Shown in pieces: positions 32,001-45,857 of a stretch of 64,000 nucleotides of DNA. The DNA is from a virus, in IMG/VR virus record IMGVR_UViG_3300021962_000041, positions 1-64,000 of that record. One strand, 5' to 3'. How positions within the stretch are numbered: the first letter of the stretch is position 1; every line of letters begins with the position of its first letter. Position numbers and translations under genes: made by a program. The notes beneath the pieces are model-generated. The model was not told the DNA's origin. It saw nothing but the letters and a program-made list of their open reading frames with translations, and made no database searches.

Positions 32001-35000
32001 CCACCTGCACCGACAACAGCACTAATAGATCCAGAATTACCAGTTGGAGATGTAATTGCAATAGAAACTGGACCACCATAGTAACCAGATCCATAATTAT
32101 AATCTTTCCATTCAATACCAACAGAACATGATCCAAGTCCAGTGTAAGTATGTGGAATTGAAGAAATGCCACCATTAACAACAATTGTTGTTCCACTAGT
32201 TCCAGCTAAAGATCTAAATATACCTCCTTCTGGTCCTGCCCCAGGATATGGGAAGATATTTGTTGTAACACCTACCGTTGCAGTTCCTCCAGAAACATAA
32301 GTATGGTTTACTGTCGAAACACCTACATTCAAAACAATAGTAGTTCCAGCTGTACCAGCAATAACTCTATAAACATCAAAAGTTCCTTGGAGAGTATTTT
32401 TACTACTTTGTGGGTAAGCATTACCTAAAGTTCCAATTCCAGCAGGATATGGGAACCTTGTTGTTGAATAACCTATTGGATTTCCTGGACAAGAAAGAAT
32501 AATATTTGCTAATCTTACATATTTTCCTGCTTTTAACCCATGATTTCCATTAACTGTAATAGTTACTATTCCAGCATTTCTATCATAAACAAGTCCATTT
32601 ACATTAAATGTTGAAATTCCAGTCCATGAATTACAAGAAAATCTTAATCCAGAAAGTCCAAGTGGATCACCAACTCTCAGATTATGGGTACCATTCAACA
32701 CAAAAGTTGCAATTCCAGTTGCATTATCATAAGTTCCTGTAACTATTCCAAGAACTTTTGTTGGTGCAGAATATGTGCCAATAGCAACAATAGTTGATAT
32801 TCCACCTGAAGCGTTTGTGACAATTCCAATTTGAGCTGGATAAAGAGGTGCAAATCCAAGACCTTGTGTAGATCCGATTGAAATTATGACTCCACCTCTA
32901 GGAAGTTGATTTTGATTTACATCATCTGTGGAAATGATATTTTGTCCATTTGAAGAAGTAATACCGGAGAAAATAATACTACTAATCCCAATAGTACTAG
33001 AAAAATATGATGATGTATTATAACCAACTGCATATTGACTATAATCTTGAACTACATTATCATATGGTAATAATTCGCTATTTGGAACATATGATACTGG
33101 GGAATCAAATTGTTTAAAGGTATAAACATTATCTGGATTATTTGCCGTAGTTGGAGTCTGGAATATACCATTTAAGAATAAGAAAGCACTTCCAGTTTGT
33201 ATTCCTGTTGTATTAAGTCCAGAAACTGTTGTTGTATAAGTTCTTCCTACACCAGTTAAAGATGTTGAAATGTCATCAAATATTCTGTTTTTTGAGTAAT
33301 CTTTTCTGAGATAAACTCTTCCACCAAAAACTGCTCTAGGATATGGAACATTATTTGAATTTTTCTCAAGAGTTCCTTTTCCTGTCGGTGCAGATGTGAA
33401 GTAAATAATACTATTAGACCCTATATTGTAATTTCCACTATAAACTCTTACAGTACTACCAATTCCATGTGAAGTGCTAATAGATCCAAGATATGCTCTT
33501 GTAACTTCAATATTGGTATATGTGCCAAAACCAGTTACTTCAGCACCAGAAGTAGTTGCAAAACCAACATTAACAATTCTCATAATTTCATCATCAACTT
33601 TTATTGTTGAATCTGGAATAAAATCTCTAATGGTTCCAAGAGAGAGAATTGATGTAGAATCTCCAATCCCAGCTTGTAAGGTTGTGTTTACTGGAGTGAA
33701 TGCTAATGGATACTGAACTACCCCGTCAATTGTTATAAGAGTTTTTTCAAGTTTTGTGCTCATTTGAAGTTCATGAGCATTTCCAGATCCGAGACTTGTA
33801 AAAGTAACATAAATTCCAGCTAACGCATCAGATTGTCTAGTCGCTAATCTAAACCTATCTTCATCAATTCTAATTGCATACACTTCTGATGGTAAAATAT
33901 CAGTGCTAATTCCTGATTGAGTCAATGAAGTATTAATTCCAACCGCTGTAGATCCAATTCCTATAAAAGTTGATCCAGGGGTGTAAATTAATTTTTCGCC
34001 AGTGTTAAAGAAATGTCTTTCAATTGTAATTATTCCTGTACCTGGATTGAGGAAAGTTGTGCTAGATGGTGAAAACTTTTTACTAAAAATGGAAACACCA
34101 TCAGAAGTTAATTTAAATGTCGTTTTATTTGATCTTGAACCGTTGACTGCATTGTAAAAAAGTAATTCCATACTTTCTCTTAATTTACCATATTCTAGTG
34201 ATGGATAATTATTAGCAAAGTCACTTTCACTATAAATGACCTCATTGAAAGAACTGATTTGTAAAGTTGCAGTAATTCCAGGATCTCTATAGAATCTCAA
34301 TTCTGCTGGTGATGTTGAATAATCTACACCAAAAGTTCCAATACCAGATGTTGATCCAATTGAGACGAATGGATATTGTGTCATTACACAATTTCCATTA
34401 TTGTTTGCAACAAGAACTTGATGCAATGCACTTGTATTACCGTAAGATACTCTTACTAATGATTTTATAGTCGATACTTCAGTTTTATCAAATTTAAATA
34501 TTGAAGTGCTGGCGATAGAGACTTTTCTATAATCCGATTCAAATTTAAATGATCTCTCAGTGCCTTCAATTTGACCATTTAAAATAGATCTATAAGTTCC
34601 TACACCCACTGCTGTAGTACCAAAACCAACTACTCTACTTCTAACTACAACTTCTCCATTGTAAGTTGGATTTTCATAAGTTAAACTAAAAGTTCCAGCA
34701 TTTAAAGATGCCCTAAATGTACCTATTGGATTATATGAATTATTATCTACATTAATAGTATCAAAGAAATAATCAGATTGATAAGTATTTGTTCCATCAT
34801 GAGTTATATAAAGTTCAACAATATTTTTTATCTGCTCATTATTTTTAGCATAGACTTCGGCAGTCACATACATGGACTCTAATTTATTTGATTGAGCAGA
34901 AATAATCTCTGTTGTAATACCAATAGTTGCAGAATCCACTGATCCCGAAAGATTAATAAATCCAACATTAATTGTACCAATGCCAGTAGTATCAGCACCA

Positions 35001-38000
35001 AAATAAGTTTTTAAAATTTTGATATCATAATCAATATCGGTATAATTGGTTGGATAGAATCTAAGAGTTCTATCGCCAAATTCATTTACATATCCTTCAA
35101 TATCAACTGGTTGATCAGTTGTTGTAAAAATTGAAGATTTTTCAAATGTTATTAAATCAGTTGAACGCCCCTTAACAAGAATTACTTCTGTTGCCTGAAT
35201 GTTAGTTGATGCTGGATCAATGATTTGAATCAAAAATCTAGCAAACGAATCTTCAAAAATAGTTTCTATGTAAGGATTTAATGAAGATCTAGAATTTGAA
35301 AATTGTGGACTAATATCATCAATTTTAAGAACATTGTTTGTTCTACATTCAATGTATCCAGCTAATTTTCTATTTTTGAGTTTTATATCCTTAGTTCTAC
35401 CTTGGATAACATTATTATCAACACCCAAATCAAATCCATATATTGTATCTACACGATCTTCATTAATAAAATCAAATGTAGTTATTGACTCAACTGGTGT
35501 TACAGTTACTCCTGCTCCAGCAACATCTTTAACTTCAGTATCTGAGAAATTTTTTAATCCAACGGTGTGTAATAAAGAATTGACTGGGTTGATTAATTTT
35601 TCAAATTCTATTGGACTCTTTATTGTATATGATAAAGACTGATAATAATCATTATCTGGTAGAACTTGATAATCTTCGTTTAATTTGCCAATATTGTCCA
35701 ACCACCCAAGATCTTGCCTTGCAGAATAATTAATTTCAAAACGAGCATTATTATTAATAAAACTATCAACTCTTGCTCTAGTACCACTGAAAGTACCAAT
35801 AATTAAATCACCAATTTCTAATTCATATCTTCCAACAGATTTAATAAATGTTGTCCTATCCTCAGTAACAACTAAGTCAGTTTCAATATATTCTCCATTT
35901 GTAAAGACTAGCAACTTCTCACCAAGACTAAATTTTGTCGATCCAGTAATGACATCAAATCTAGGATAATCTTCATATCTAACAAAAGATGCAAATGTAG
36001 GGGTAGTAACTGCTATTCCAGCATTTGTTGTTATACCAGTTAGGTTAAATTCTAATTCTGCTGGGTTCGTATTTCTATATGCAGTGATATCATAAAATTT
36101 AAATTTGTTGTCAATTGCATTAAATCCATTTCCACTAGTTCCATATTTTTCAACACCTTCTACAAAAATCTTATCTCCAACATTTACAATATTTTGACTA
36201 TATCCAGCAATAGGTGTTTGAATAGTGCAAGTTACTATTCCTGTTGGTTGATCGTAGTCAACTTTACTAATAGTAAACCCATTAGTATTATTAACAGCAA
36301 ATAAAGTATGCTTAGAAGAATCCAAACCATTTGGAGCTTCAATAATATTAATTTTTCCTATACCAGAACCACCTACAGATGGTGTAATAATTCCATTATC
36401 TATTGCAATACCTTCAGAATTTGCCAGGATAAGATCTGGTGCTGATTGATAGTATCTACCTCCATATGTTATATCAATAGATTTTACAATATTTGTATCA
36501 AGTACAAAAAATGTTGATGGAACTAGTGCTTGTGGACGTAAAGTTACATCAGATGGATACTCAAATCCTGGATCAACAATTCTTACCTGATCAATTTTTC
36601 CTATCGTGTTAGATGTTGTATATACTTGAGCTCCTGTGCCATTTAGAGATTCAAATCCACTAATTACAGGTAGTTTCTTATAACTAACTCCACCCGATGT
36701 CAATGATAATCTACCAATCCCCCCACTAGCAGTTTTGGAAAATGTTGTATATGAACAACTCTCACATTGAGTACTTGAATATGAAGTTGATTCTGGAATT
36801 TTTGTTAAAGAAATTTTAAATTTATCATTAGTAACATCAAATACGGAATATCTACCATTATACAAACTATCAATATAACTTATCTTTGATGCATTGGTAA
36901 CATCTAAATCCGAAGTTGATATAAATCCAGATTTTTCTAATGCATAGAAAAATACCTGGGGCATTCCTGCATCATATCTGAGAGTTATTTTTGCATCGCT
37001 ACTAATTCCAATAGTTCCAACACCAGAAACTACAAAATTAGCAGTATTTCCAACGGATATAAATTCATTCTTAAATTGAGAATCATAATAGAATTTTAAA
37101 TTATATCCACTTAATGTAGAATCTTTTACATCAAATACAATATCATTATTTCTTACAATATTCAATTGTGGATTTATTAAAGATATTGTATGAGAAGTTC
37201 CACCAACAGAATTTATATTTACAATTGAAGGTGGATAAATTTTGTTATCGTATAAAGTTTCAGTAAGATTAAATGTATTTTCGTCTAAAACATAAACATA
37301 ATAATCACCAGTTTGTAATCCAGAAGCTACTGTGGTAACTGGTTTATAGTAAATTTTATCACCATTAGAAAATCCATGTCTTGCAATAGTAATACTATCC
37401 TTTGCAGTATTGATTCCCGATGAACTAAATGTGATCTGATTTACAAGTATTCTTTGACCTATCGTATCATACTTAAGTCTAATTGAACCAGATGTACCAA
37501 CACCAACAGATTGATTTGATTTAATATCTAAATTGATAATATCTCCATTTTTCAAACCATGGCTAGTTGATAAAGAAACCAAAGTTGTAACTCGATTTAC
37601 ATCAGATGTTACTTGAGTAAAGTCTGATCTAATTGCATAACCAAAATTATTTGACCCAAAACTAGCAAAAAATAGACCTTTAGTTGATGTTGTTAATCCT
37701 ACCTGGGTTACAATTCCAATATGATCATCAGATTGTTTTACAACGTAAAATGGTTCCCAATCTCCAGAACTTAAAATTGGAGTAGGACTATCAGCGGGAG
37801 TTTTTTGTACGAATAATGATGCTTCCCCTAGTGGTTTTTTAATTAAAACTTTTTGATTTGTTTGGAATGGGTGATTTGGGAGTCTAATACTTTGAATTGG
37901 AATTGAAGTAGTTCCTGTTAATTCGCCTATTCCAATAGTATAAGTAACAGATGTACTAAATCCAACTGAAGTACCAACACCTACAGATTCGGATGGATTG

Positions 38001-41000
38001 AAATAAACAATATCATTTACCTTTGATTCAAATTTTGGAGTTGATATTGGTAATGAGAAATAAGTTGGGACAAGTTCAACTTTTGCGGATAAAGTATGAG
38101 CATATCCAGATGTGTTACGAGTAACTCTTAAGATTTTTCGATCATCAAATTTATTGATAATCGTCATTGTCTCAGTTCCACTAACTTTTACAACATCACC
38201 AACATTCATATTTTCTGGAATACTAGAAACGTAAATATCAGTAATGACACCAACAATAGTTGTTGATGGAATTGCTTTATATAAAAATGTTTCTGATGTA
38301 GTAATTCCTACTTTATAATTTCTACCAAGAACATTCTTTAATGATGTGCTTATTCCACTTAAATATACGTTGTCAGATTGATTAAAACTATGTGTTGTTG
38401 AAATATAACCTTGAATTTCATTTTCACTTTTCCAGATTAAGATAACACCCTGATATTTCAATGTACTAGTTTCTACACTAGTTATTTCTCTTCCATTTAT
38501 CAAAGAAACTTGTGCCGAAGCTCCAGATCCGCCCGTATTATTATTATTAAAAATCGCAGCATCTCCAATTTTATAATTATCTCCAGCAGTAATAATATCT
38601 AATCTATCTACTGATCCTCTTAATACAGATTCTACAATTGATGTTTGGTTAATGAGTTCATTTGATTCAACAATAAAGTCACTACCAGAATATTGGTCAG
38701 ATGTATTGTATGGTAATGTATTTCTAATTATTTCAGTTCCTTTAAAATCATAATCTTGGTTAATAATATAAGTTTCGTCTAACAAATTAGACCTAAAAGA
38801 ATCACCAAGAAAATATGGAAATACTGGTTCAATTGTATTTGTTGTTGCATTTACTTTTAATGTCGTAAAGTATGCATATGTTCCTAATGGAAATTCTGGT
38901 GTCTTACAAAATCTTCCATTTGATTCATCTAGATCTCCAGAATCGTTATATGCATAATCTTCTATAAAAAATCCACTTGAAAAATCTGAAGGTCTATTAA
39001 TTATATTATTTGTATTCAATACATAACTAGAAGATAATAATTTTACAGGAGAATCATTCACTTGTGGATCTTCATAACCATATGGACCATAAATTGGATT
39101 GCCGTCCAACGCCCAACCAATTATAGGTGAGTGATCACTTCCATCATCATCAAAATATTGTGATCCTATATTTGTAGAATAACCAACAACACAATATTTT
39201 AAATTTGTTATAGATTTCTTTAAAATGTCTGCTCCATATCTGGCAAAAGTATTAACCCTAAGACTTCTAACAATAGGGTCTAGTGAAAGTTCAGATCCAG
39301 CTGATTTAACTGTTATACTAGTAGTATCTTGAACATAGTTCACACCAGGATTTATTACTATAACTTGTGAAATCGCATTGTTAACAATAACAGCTCTTAA
39401 TTTTGCACCAGTTCCTTCACCACTAACAACAAGATCTGGCGTAGAATAGTATTCTCTACCACCACTAAGGACTTGTACGGAATCAATTTTTCCATTTTTA
39501 ATATATGTCTTTAATTGTGCATCTTTACCTGTTTTTACTGTAATTAATGGTTTTTTATGTAAATTTAAAATACTAGAACCATAATTAGTTCCTGCCTGAT
39601 ATAAGTAAATATCATTTACAACCCCACGAATAATTGGAGTGGCAGTTATAATACCAGATATACCATCACGATATTTTACATTAACACTAATACTGATGGG
39701 TGGATATTCAAAAACTTGATATCCAGTACCTTTTGATTGAAACTTAATATAATTTTTTCGTTCATAATTTGAAGTTATTGTTCCACCGATTCCAGCATCA
39801 GCAAGTCTAAACTTATTATTAGTTATCTTAATAACTTGATATTGTTTAGAAGTAGATAATCCTGAAATTATAGTTGGAAGAGTTGAACCTACACCAACTG
39901 CTGCAGAATAAACAATTTTTTCACCATCATTGAACCCATGATTTACAAAGTTAATTGTATTATCACTAGTGGATATACCCGATGGAGAAACTCTTAATTT
40001 TCTATTTGAATATCCTTCTCCAGAGGATAAAACATCAATACGAGTTACAGTATTTGCAGATTCTAGAAGTCTGAATTTTTGGAATCCAATATTACTTGCT
40101 GTAGTAAATCCAATTGTGTTAATTCCAGAATTGAAATCCTTTTGGGTTCTATAAAGACGTATTGTTTTTGGACCTGTTGTTTGTGCATAATATACAGATC
40201 CATTTTCTAAGTATTCAGTCTTTATTCCAGTAGTATCATTAGATCCTCTAAATGTTCCGATACTTATTGGTGGACTACCATTTTTATCATAAACTAGTGC
40301 TTGACCAGATTTAATATTATGATCTTTCAAGAAACTTAAATCATCTAATGTTACATCCAATCCACCACCTTGTGTTGATGGTAAAGCACTAAAATCTAAT
40401 TCTCTATATCTTTTTGATGTTATTGGTTTTAAAATACACCCAGATCCATTTCCACCAGTTATTGTCACTGATACAGCATCATCAATATCAAAATCTTGAG
40501 GATCAACAAATACTTCTTTTACCGATCCAGTAACGACTGGTTGTACGAGTGCAGTAGTTCCAATTCCAGGAGAAGAAACCTCAATAAGTGGTGGGTTAAT
40601 AACATCATAATTTGAACCAGTATTTAAAATATTGACATCTTCTAAAGGTCCAAAATAAATTCTATCATTTGATTTATATGAATTTATTTCTACACCATTA
40701 ATTAATATACCAACAGTTTCAGCTTCCGTTTTTGTTCTAGTTGAACGTTGAATGTCTGGAAATAAAGGAAACTTTTTAAGACTTTTTTGTGGACCAATTT
40801 TTAAGTTATTTTGGAAAGATAATGTAAATGTATGGTTTCCAGTTCCCGTATCTAAAGTGCTAAATTCAATATAGTCGTCAGATGGGATGAAAGATCTTGA
40901 AGTATAAAGTTTGATTTTATTAGACTCTGCTAAAACTCTGACGTAATATAGACCTTCATCTAAACCAGGGATAGATTGATTTTCTGGTTTATAATAAACC

Positions 41001-42838
41001 TCATCACCAGTTATAAATGGAACACTAGTTTGGAATGATAATACAGAGTACTTTAATGTCGATGGATCATAATTTTGAACTCGATCACCATTTGCTTCTC
41101 CTAGTGAAATTGCAGATAAATTAGTTGTTATTGGGTATGATGGTAATGAATTTGAAGCAACATACATGTATTCATCATTTTCATTATATACATTTTGAAC
41201 GTCGGAAGTAATGACATTATTACCATATTGTATTTCCGCACCAGAACTTGTTGCTTTATTTAAATTTCTACGAATATCATACTCTTTAAGAGGATCTACA
41301 ATAAATCCAGATAGATTATTGAGAAGAATTTCTTTTGTTGACTTATTAATATTAGATACTATGGCGCCAGCATATTCAACAATTTGAGTATTTCTTCTCA
41401 AAATTTCAATTGTATCACCAACTTTGAGAGAAGATTTATCTATGTCAGAATAGAGTAAAAATGTACTACCAGAAATTCCTTTTACTTGATATCTAACCGA
41501 AGTATTGTATATCCATGTATTGGAGAAAATTTGCTTTTTAGTTTTAAATTGGTCAGGATTTTTTATTATTTCACCGAGATTTTTAACATAGATTACCTCT
41601 CCTTCATCGGTAAATGAAATATCTGATACTGGAACAAACTTTGATAGTACACCTGTTATTCTTACTTCTACTTTTTTTGTAAGGTCGCCATCTTCATAAC
41701 CATACATTACCTCATCAAATCTAATATCTTCTGCGGGTGATATTGCTGACGTTATACCACTACATCCTAAAAATTGATTAATTGTTTTATCAGTGTAAGT
41801 AATTGTATTTCCGCCACAAAATACCGTTCCTGATTTTGGAAACTCAACAGTAGAATCAACACTAATAACTTCTGATCCTACAGGAATATTTCCAATCACC
41901 CTTGTTTTTCCTGGAACAGTGAAAGTTCCTTCAATAAGAGCATTTTCACTAAATCCTACAAATAATGATAATTTGTAATATACTAGATTATTTTTTGATA
42001 TAATCTCAACCTCAGAAACAGATGCTTTTGTTGCAGGATCTGTTGATTTTCTAATGGTTTGTCCAACTAATTTTAATGGGTCTCCAGAAATTCTTTCTAC
42101 AAGAAGAGTTTCTCTTCTAATGTATTCTGCAGACGATGGTTTAATTAGATATTTTTCTAAATCTACTATTCTTGGAGTTACTCCATACAATATATTAAAA
42201 AGAATTCTAAAAGATTCTTTAGTTCCTTTAGATGCGTAAAAAGATCTAGCTTCCTTTATAAAATTACTAACATCTAAATTTTCAACAAAAGTTAATTCTT
42301 CTAGTCCAGGAGTAAGAGAATATTTTACTTTTTTATAAAACTCTTGTAAAAAGAGAGCACTGAGATTTTTTACATCAGAACCAGATTCGTGTGAAGATGC
42401 TTCAGATGTAGAAAAAACTAAATCATTTCTTTCTAATTCTTCGTAATAAGTTGTTATACCACTAAAACCACGTACACATCCAGTAAATGTATTGGTCGTG
42501 ATTCCAGAGTATGTAATAATTTCATCATCAATTTTTAATAGACCCCAATTTAATGGGAATCCTTTTGTGCTTTCTACAACGATTACATCAGATTCGCTTG
42601 TTACAGAACTTTCTAACGTTGTTTCACCACTTACTACTTCTGGAGTTAAATTATCCAGTTTTAAATATTGGTCTAAATTCTCTACAATATCAATTGATCC
42701 CCCAGGAATTTCCTGAGAAATGTAATATTGCTTTAAGAACTCAGCAGCTTTTGGAGATTCTGAAAGAATAAATTCTGGAAGTTGATTTTCTACAATTTGG
42801 TGAATTTTTACTCTCGTTTCAAATCCCGTTTTTATCAT
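29100..42838 (-). CDS. g7: Baseplate wedge initiator gp7-like giant protein (~4580 aa), one gene with a 1-bp frameshift near 30417
   Basis: QLPEFI...FLKQYY, FYASKGT, HSPIIGWALDGNPIYGPYGY, DNDYYQSLSY. Track ORFs 30296..42838 and 29100..30077 join through an open -1 frame (GESYEFTGGTSFTFTQAPEYED...GEKVYKTRD); lies between g6 and g8. Confidence 0.88.
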
Positions 42839-42839
42839 T

Positions 42840-44747
42840 TTATCCCCTCTTTAGATCTCCGTTTGAATAGCTTGAAGTGACCTTAAATCCAACACCAGAT
42901 ATTTGTTCACCAGATGTGATTGTATCCTTAACCATATTTATGGTGGAATTGTCGATGTTAAAACTTAGATATAGATCCTTTAATCCAATAACATCATTAG
43001 ACTCTGGATATGCCTGAACTTCAACTACATTATTTGCCTCAATGGTAGAAGAGATATTCAAAGTATTTAATAGAATTTCACCCTTTATGTAATCTACAGA
43101 TCCTGCAGATTTAACCACAACTACAGGAGATCCAACATCTTCAGATTCTTTGACGATTGAAATGATACCTTTTCCACTGCCATCTGGGTTACCAGATGCA
43201 TCTTTATTAGGAATATCTGTAAGATATACTATGTCAGAAGATCCAATGATTGTAAACCCAGTACTTTTAATATTATATCCTTTTGGATCAATATGGAATT
43301 GATTTCCAAAGCACAACTCATATTGTGCATATTGATTTATCGATGCTCTTAGATTTCTTCTTACCTTAACTTTTGTAATATTCGAAGTTATTGCTTCGTC
43401 TACTGTGTCTATAAGTTTTACAACTTTACTATATCTAAATCTACCACCAAATTTATTTACATCTGATGATTGTGAGTATAAAGTAATCGAATTTAAAATA
43501 TTTGATTTTAAATTATCAATGCTTGATACTTTTGATGGATTATAATAAACATAAGAGTCAATCTCAACGAATAGAACTTGAAGATCTACAATAGATTGAT
43601 TAATTCCTGATAAACTATAATTTTTTAATTTAGAAAGAATTTGCCTCTTGTCAAAATCAGAGATAAAATCTCCATTTTTTGGTTTAATACTAATGATTAC
43701 ATTTCCATATTGAGGAGGATCTAATTCTTCTCCACCAACTATAGAAACTGATTCTGTATTTGGATATATTTCACGAATAATGGACTCATAATCTCTAGAT
43801 GTAACAGCACGATAATTTGAAGAGTATAATCTAGGTGCAAAATACTTGATAGAATCTACACTTTCAATATCACCACCATTGATCGATGGTTGAGTTGTTG
43901 TAACATTTATTGAAGTTGATGGTAAAATAACTTCATTTGATGATCCAAGAAGTCTACCAGAAAAATCAAAACTTCTTGCACCATTCCCATCAGCACCATC
44001 AGTAACGATATATGATGCAGTAATTACAGCGTTGTTTTCTAGTTTTTTACCGAAGATACCATCTCCAAATAACAATTGATATCTTTCATCTTTAATTTCT
44101 TGAATCAAATAAGTTTCAGATGTTGAATTAATATTTAAAATACTTGATGTTAAAGAATATTCTCTACCTTTTCCCAAATCTGCAACGGACTTTACATAAA
44201 CATTAATTGTTGATGTATCAATGTACGCATTATCCAATACAAATTTTTGATCTAAAGACCCATCAACTAGGAATTGATTGACCAAGTATGATCCCTGATA
44301 AATTGTGATGTCTTGAAATGTTGCAACACCATTATTAATGGTTGTTGTTATTGATTCTGGAATCGAAAACAGATACGTTGTATCATTAATACTTCCTACA
44401 CACACCAGACCCGCCTCTAGGGTGCATGTTGGAGATGTGCTTGATGTTTGTACCTGAAATGAAACGATTGCCTTAGAAGCAGTTCTAGAGCGAGGTACGT
44501 ACCCAATATTTCTTGCTAGTGCAACTACATTTTCTCTGAGAGTTGCAGAATCCAGGAAGGATTCGTTCACAATCATATTAGAGTTAAAAGCAGTTACGTA
44601 TGTGTTATACGCAAGAATATCAATCAGTACAGAAAGATTAGATCCATCAAAGTCAAAGTCAGTAAAATTTGAATTTGCTCTAATATAATCTTTGATGGAC
44701 TTCTTTATATTGTCATAATCTAGATTTGTAAATTGTGTAAAAGGCAT
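42840..44747 (-). CDS. g6: Baseplate wedge subunit gp6
   Basis: FTDFDFDGSNLSVLIDILAYNT, ESFLDSATLRENVV, RAVTSRDYE. Confidence 0.96.
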   Translation of the reverse strand: MPFTQFTNLDYDNIKKSIKDYIRANSNFTDFDFDGSNLSVLIDILAYNTYVTAFNSNMIVNESFLDSATLRENVVALARNIGYVPRSRTASKAIVSFQVQTSSTSPTCTLEAGLVCVGSINDTTYLFSIPESITTTINNGVATFQDITIYQGSYLVNQFLVDGSLDQKFVLDNAYIDTSTINVYVKSVADLGKGREYSLTSSILNINSTSETYLIQEIKDERYQLLFGDGIFGKKLENNAVITASYIVTDGADGNGARSFDFSGRLLGSSNEVILPSTSINVTTTQPSINGGDIESVDSIKYFAPRLYSSNYRAVTSRDYESIIREIYPNTESVSIVGGEELDPPQYGNVIISIKPKNGDFISDFDKRQILSKLKNYSLSGINQSIVDLQVLFVEIDSYVYYNPSKVSSIDNLKSNILNSITLYSQSSDVNKFGGRFRYSKVVKLIDTVDEAITSNITKVKVRRNLRASINQYAQYELCFGNQFHIDPKGYNIKSTGFTIIGSSDIVYLTDIPNKDASGNPDGSGKGIISIVKESEDVGSPVVVVKSAGSVDYIKGEILLNTLNISSTIEANNVVEVQAYPESNDVIGLKDLYLSFNIDNSTINMVKDTITSGEQISGVGFKVTSSYSNGDLKRG

Positions 44748-44748
44748 T

Positions 44749-45150
44749 TTACCTTGTGCTTTCTAAGATGAACCTAAATTGTTGCTGTGGAAAATCTTGC
44801 CCAATAATGTCATATTGAATTGAAATTTCAAAGGTATTTTCATCAGGAGATGGTGTCACATATACCTTAACATTTTCAATTCTTTCTTCATATGTCCTCA
44901 AAGATGTTTTAATTTCCTCTTCAATCAGCAATGCTGAACCAACATCGACAAAATCAAAAAGTAATTCATTAACTCTTGAACCAAAATTTGGGTTAAAGAA
45001 TTTTTCAGATGGAATGGTTTCAATAATATTTCTCACAGAACGCTTTATTGCAGATTCATTCTTCAAGATCTGTAAATCTTTAGTGACAGGATGAGGTTCA
45101 AAAGATAAACTAATATCCTTAAATGTTCTTGATATTCTCTCTACTGCCAT
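44749..45150 (-). CDS. g25: Baseplate wedge subunit gp25
   Basis: AIKRSVRNII, EKFFNPNFGS, YEERI. Confidence 0.93.
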   Translation of the reverse strand: MAVERISRTFKDISLSFEPHPVTKDLQILKNESAIKRSVRNIIETIPSEKFFNPNFGSRVNELLFDFVDVGSALLIEEEIKTSLRTYEERIENVKVYVTPSPDENTFEISIQYDIIGQDFPQQQFRFILESTR

Positions 45151-45173
45151 TGGAGACTAAGATTTTCTTCATT

Positions 45174-45181
45174 TATTTAGG
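45174..45181 (-). promoter_or_regulatory. Late promoter (CCTAAATA) for g25-g6-g7
   Basis: CTAAATA upstream of g25. Confidence 0.55.
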
Positions 45182-45182
45182 A

Positions 45183-45425
45183 TCATTTCCATGGAGATCC
45201 GTATGTTGGCTCAGTTCCATAGGTCCAATCATCATAGTCTTCATCGTTACGAATTTTTTCGTGTAGATCAGTTTGTTTCTTTAAATCATGCTTTGGTGCA
45301 GAATCGTGCATGACTTCCTGAATGATTCTTTTTGGTGGTGCCGAATCGTAATCAGTAATCAATTTTGTGGTTCCCCACATCTCTCTCATGTAATTTGAAT
45401 CTCTATCTGTAGGTAGATTTGACAT
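45183..45425 (-). CDS. Conserved hypothetical protein (80 aa)
   Basis: AGGAG RBS; MREMWGTTKLITDY motif. Confidence 0.75.
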   Translation of the reverse strand: MSNLPTDRDSNYMREMWGTTKLITDYDSAPPKRIIQEVMHDSAPKHDLKKQTDLHEKIRNDEDYDDWTYGTEPTYGSPWK

Positions 45426-45494
45426 TTTAGCTCCTGTTTTAGTGAATAAAACAGAACTTTTATGAAGGAGGTTGCTATCTCCTTAAGTATTTAA

Positions 45495-45836
45495 CTACCG
45501 ATCAACTTCTCTAAGTCGATAGTTATCAGAATTAAGATATTTTAGCATTTCTAAGGCAATGAGTCTTGGGTTTCCTTCCCCGCAAGTGTACACATCAATT
45601 GCCAAACACCCATTTTCTGGCCAAGTATGGCAAGAAACATGACTTTCTGAGAGTGCAATAACAACTGTGCATCCTTGTGGAACAAAACAATGGGCAAAAA
45701 TGTTAAGAATTGTCATTTTTGCACGTTTAATACCACTCTCCATCGCTGCTTGGAGTGATATTGCATCATTTAAAAGAGCAAAATCTACGTCATACACCTC
45801 TAAGAGCAGGTGTTTACCCATTGAAAAGTATTCCAA
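45495..45836 (-). CDS. speD: S-adenosylmethionine decarboxylase proenzyme (class 1B, pyruvoyl)
   Basis: GKHLL, F.PQG.T...LSESHVSCHTWPE, DVYTCG; E-S autocleavage site. Confidence 0.9.
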   Translation of the reverse strand: MEYFSMGKHLLLEVYDVDFALLNDAISLQAAMESGIKRAKMTILNIFAHCFVPQGCTVVIALSESHVSCHTWPENGCLAIDVYTCGEGNPRLIALEMLKYLNSDNYRLREVDR

Positions 45837-45857
45837 CTCAGTTTTTTCGCAAAAAAT

